The notes beneath the pieces are model-generated. The model searched no databases, was not told the DNA's origin, and worked only from the letters and a program-made list of their open reading frames with translations. The position numbers and the translations under genes are program-made. DNA of 64,000 nucleotides from Thermoanaerobaculia bacterium (GTDB lineage: Bacteria; Acidobacteriota; Thermoanaerobaculia; Multivoradales; UBA5704). Of this stretch, positions 63,241-64,000 are shown piece after piece. Location: NCBI GenBank assembly GCA_039918595.1, contig JBDSHF010000028.1, positions 5,370 to 69,369 of the forward strand. Direction: 5' to 3'. Every line of letters begins with the position of its first letter. Within the stretch, counting starts at the first letter, position 1.

Positions 63241-64000
63241 ATGGCCCAGCCCGCCCGCAAGATGCCGCCTCATGGGGAGCCGGAGACCGTTCTCCCGAGC
63301 GGCGATCCCTTCCGCTACGGATCGCGATGGCGGCGCGTCCGTCTGCCCAGCGGCGAAGTCACCGAGCAGCAGATTCCCTTGACGCCGGACGATCTTCTCG
63401 ACCCGCAGCTCGGAGACGAAGTGACCCAGAGTCGACCGCATGCCAAACTCGTCACCACCTTGAACGACTTGCTGGAGAGACACTTCGACCAAGACCCGGA
63501 CGTGCAGGTCCTTTTCGACATGAAGATTCTCTGGGGTCTGCCCGGCCTCCCCGATCCTTCCCCCGATATCGCGGTCGTCCGGGGTGCCCCCCTGAACGAG
63601 AGCCGGTCGACCTTCAAAGTTGCCGAGGAAGGCGTACTCCCCTGCCTGATCATCGAGGTCGTCTCCTACTCAGACGCCGAGATGTACCGGAACGACCATG
63701 AGAAGAAGGTCGAGCTCTACCAGCGGGTCGGGATCCCCGAATACCTGGTCGTCGATCCCTCCTTCTCCGCCGAAGATCCGCTCCGGCTGACGGGCTATCG
63801 CATGGCGTCCGACCGGCGGTATCGGCAGATCGAGCCCGATGCTCGGGGATGTCTGCGCTCTGAAACCACGAGCCTCCTTTTTGCTCCGTCCGAAAATGGC
63901 CGCACGATCCGAGTCGGCGATGCCGGGACCGGCGAGTGGCTGCTCACCGCGAAAGAGGAAGAGACTGCCCGCAAAGCCGCCGAGGCCGAGCTTGCCCGGC
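63241..64000 (+). CDS. Uma2-family (DUF820) putative restriction-endonuclease-like protein, partial (open at the window end). Not in the ORF track.
   Basis: Manual translation of frame 1 gives ...LPCLIIEVVSYSDAEMYRNDHEKKVELYQRVGIPEYLVVDP..., the Uma2 PD-(D/E)xK core motif, with no stop to position 64000. Confidence 0.7.
   Translation, partial: MAQPARKMPPHGEPETVLPSGDPFRYGSRWRRVRLPSGEVTEQQIPLTPDDLLDPQLGDEVTQSRPHAKLVTTLNDLLERHFDQDPDVQVLFDMKILWGLPGLPDPSPDIAVVRGAPLNESRSTFKVAEEGVLPCLIIEVVSYSDAEMYRNDHEKKVELYQRVGIPEYLVVDPSFSAEDPLRLTGYRMASDRRYRQIEPDARGCLRSETTSLLFAPSENGRTIRVGDAGTGEWLLTAKEEETARKAAEAELAR

Noticed and set aside
1-64000. tRNA, rRNA and CRISPR arrays
   Set aside because: No tRNA-like T-arm or acceptor-stem motifs (GTTCGAATC-type), no rRNA-like segments and no regularly spaced direct repeats were seen.

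Overview
High-GC (about 65-70%) bacterial chromosome, probably a Gram-negative (Lpt system, sigma-54/HprK/RapZ PTS cluster). The window splits into two parts.

(1) Positions 1 to ~30300 are the right-hand part of a large integrative (ICE/IME-like) mobile element. It is inserted into the 3' end of comM (Mg-chelatase-like ATPase YifB/ComM), which is truncated at the junction. The element carries two large serine recombinases, a Toprim-like plus P-loop replication module, two FtsK/HerA/VirD4-like ATPases flanking a lower-GC cargo operon that encodes a 1637-aa secreted multidomain protein, an ArdC-like anti-restriction zincin, a SymE/AbrB-like mini-ORF, an RHH-GNAT fusion and many XRE-family HTH regulators. 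Notably it also carries divergent paralogs of a host signalling module: ZAS(HxxxCxxC)-TPR anti-sigma-like proteins, each preceded by a small secreted protein ending in a shared (L/I)DP(N/D)G motif, plus a sigma-like region-2-only protein.

(2) Positions ~30300 to 64000 are core chromosome. Genes present: a GT4 glycosyltransferase, murB, rpiB, a TrmH-family methyltransferase, a DUF84 NTPase, metK, a tandem array of three ECF sigma factors with ZAS-TPR partners (plus one orphan with degenerate Cys ligands), fused lptFG, queD, parAB, a DUF151 nuclease, miaB, a PTS/sigma-54 cluster (cupin, ptsI, ptsH, EIIA-Man, rapZ, hprK, a ptsN-like remnant, rpoN, lptB, an lptC/A-like gene), recJ, accA and a partial Uma2-family endonuclease.

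No tRNA, rRNA or CRISPR array was seen. Many long ORFs in the six-frame track are GC-driven antisense or out-of-frame artefacts. The most interesting hypothesis is a peptide/TPR-receptor/ECF-sigma module (RRNPP- or arbitrium-like logic) present on the chromosome and on the mobile element. The element's ATPase/giant-surface-protein/nuclease cargo operon is a second candidate novel system.
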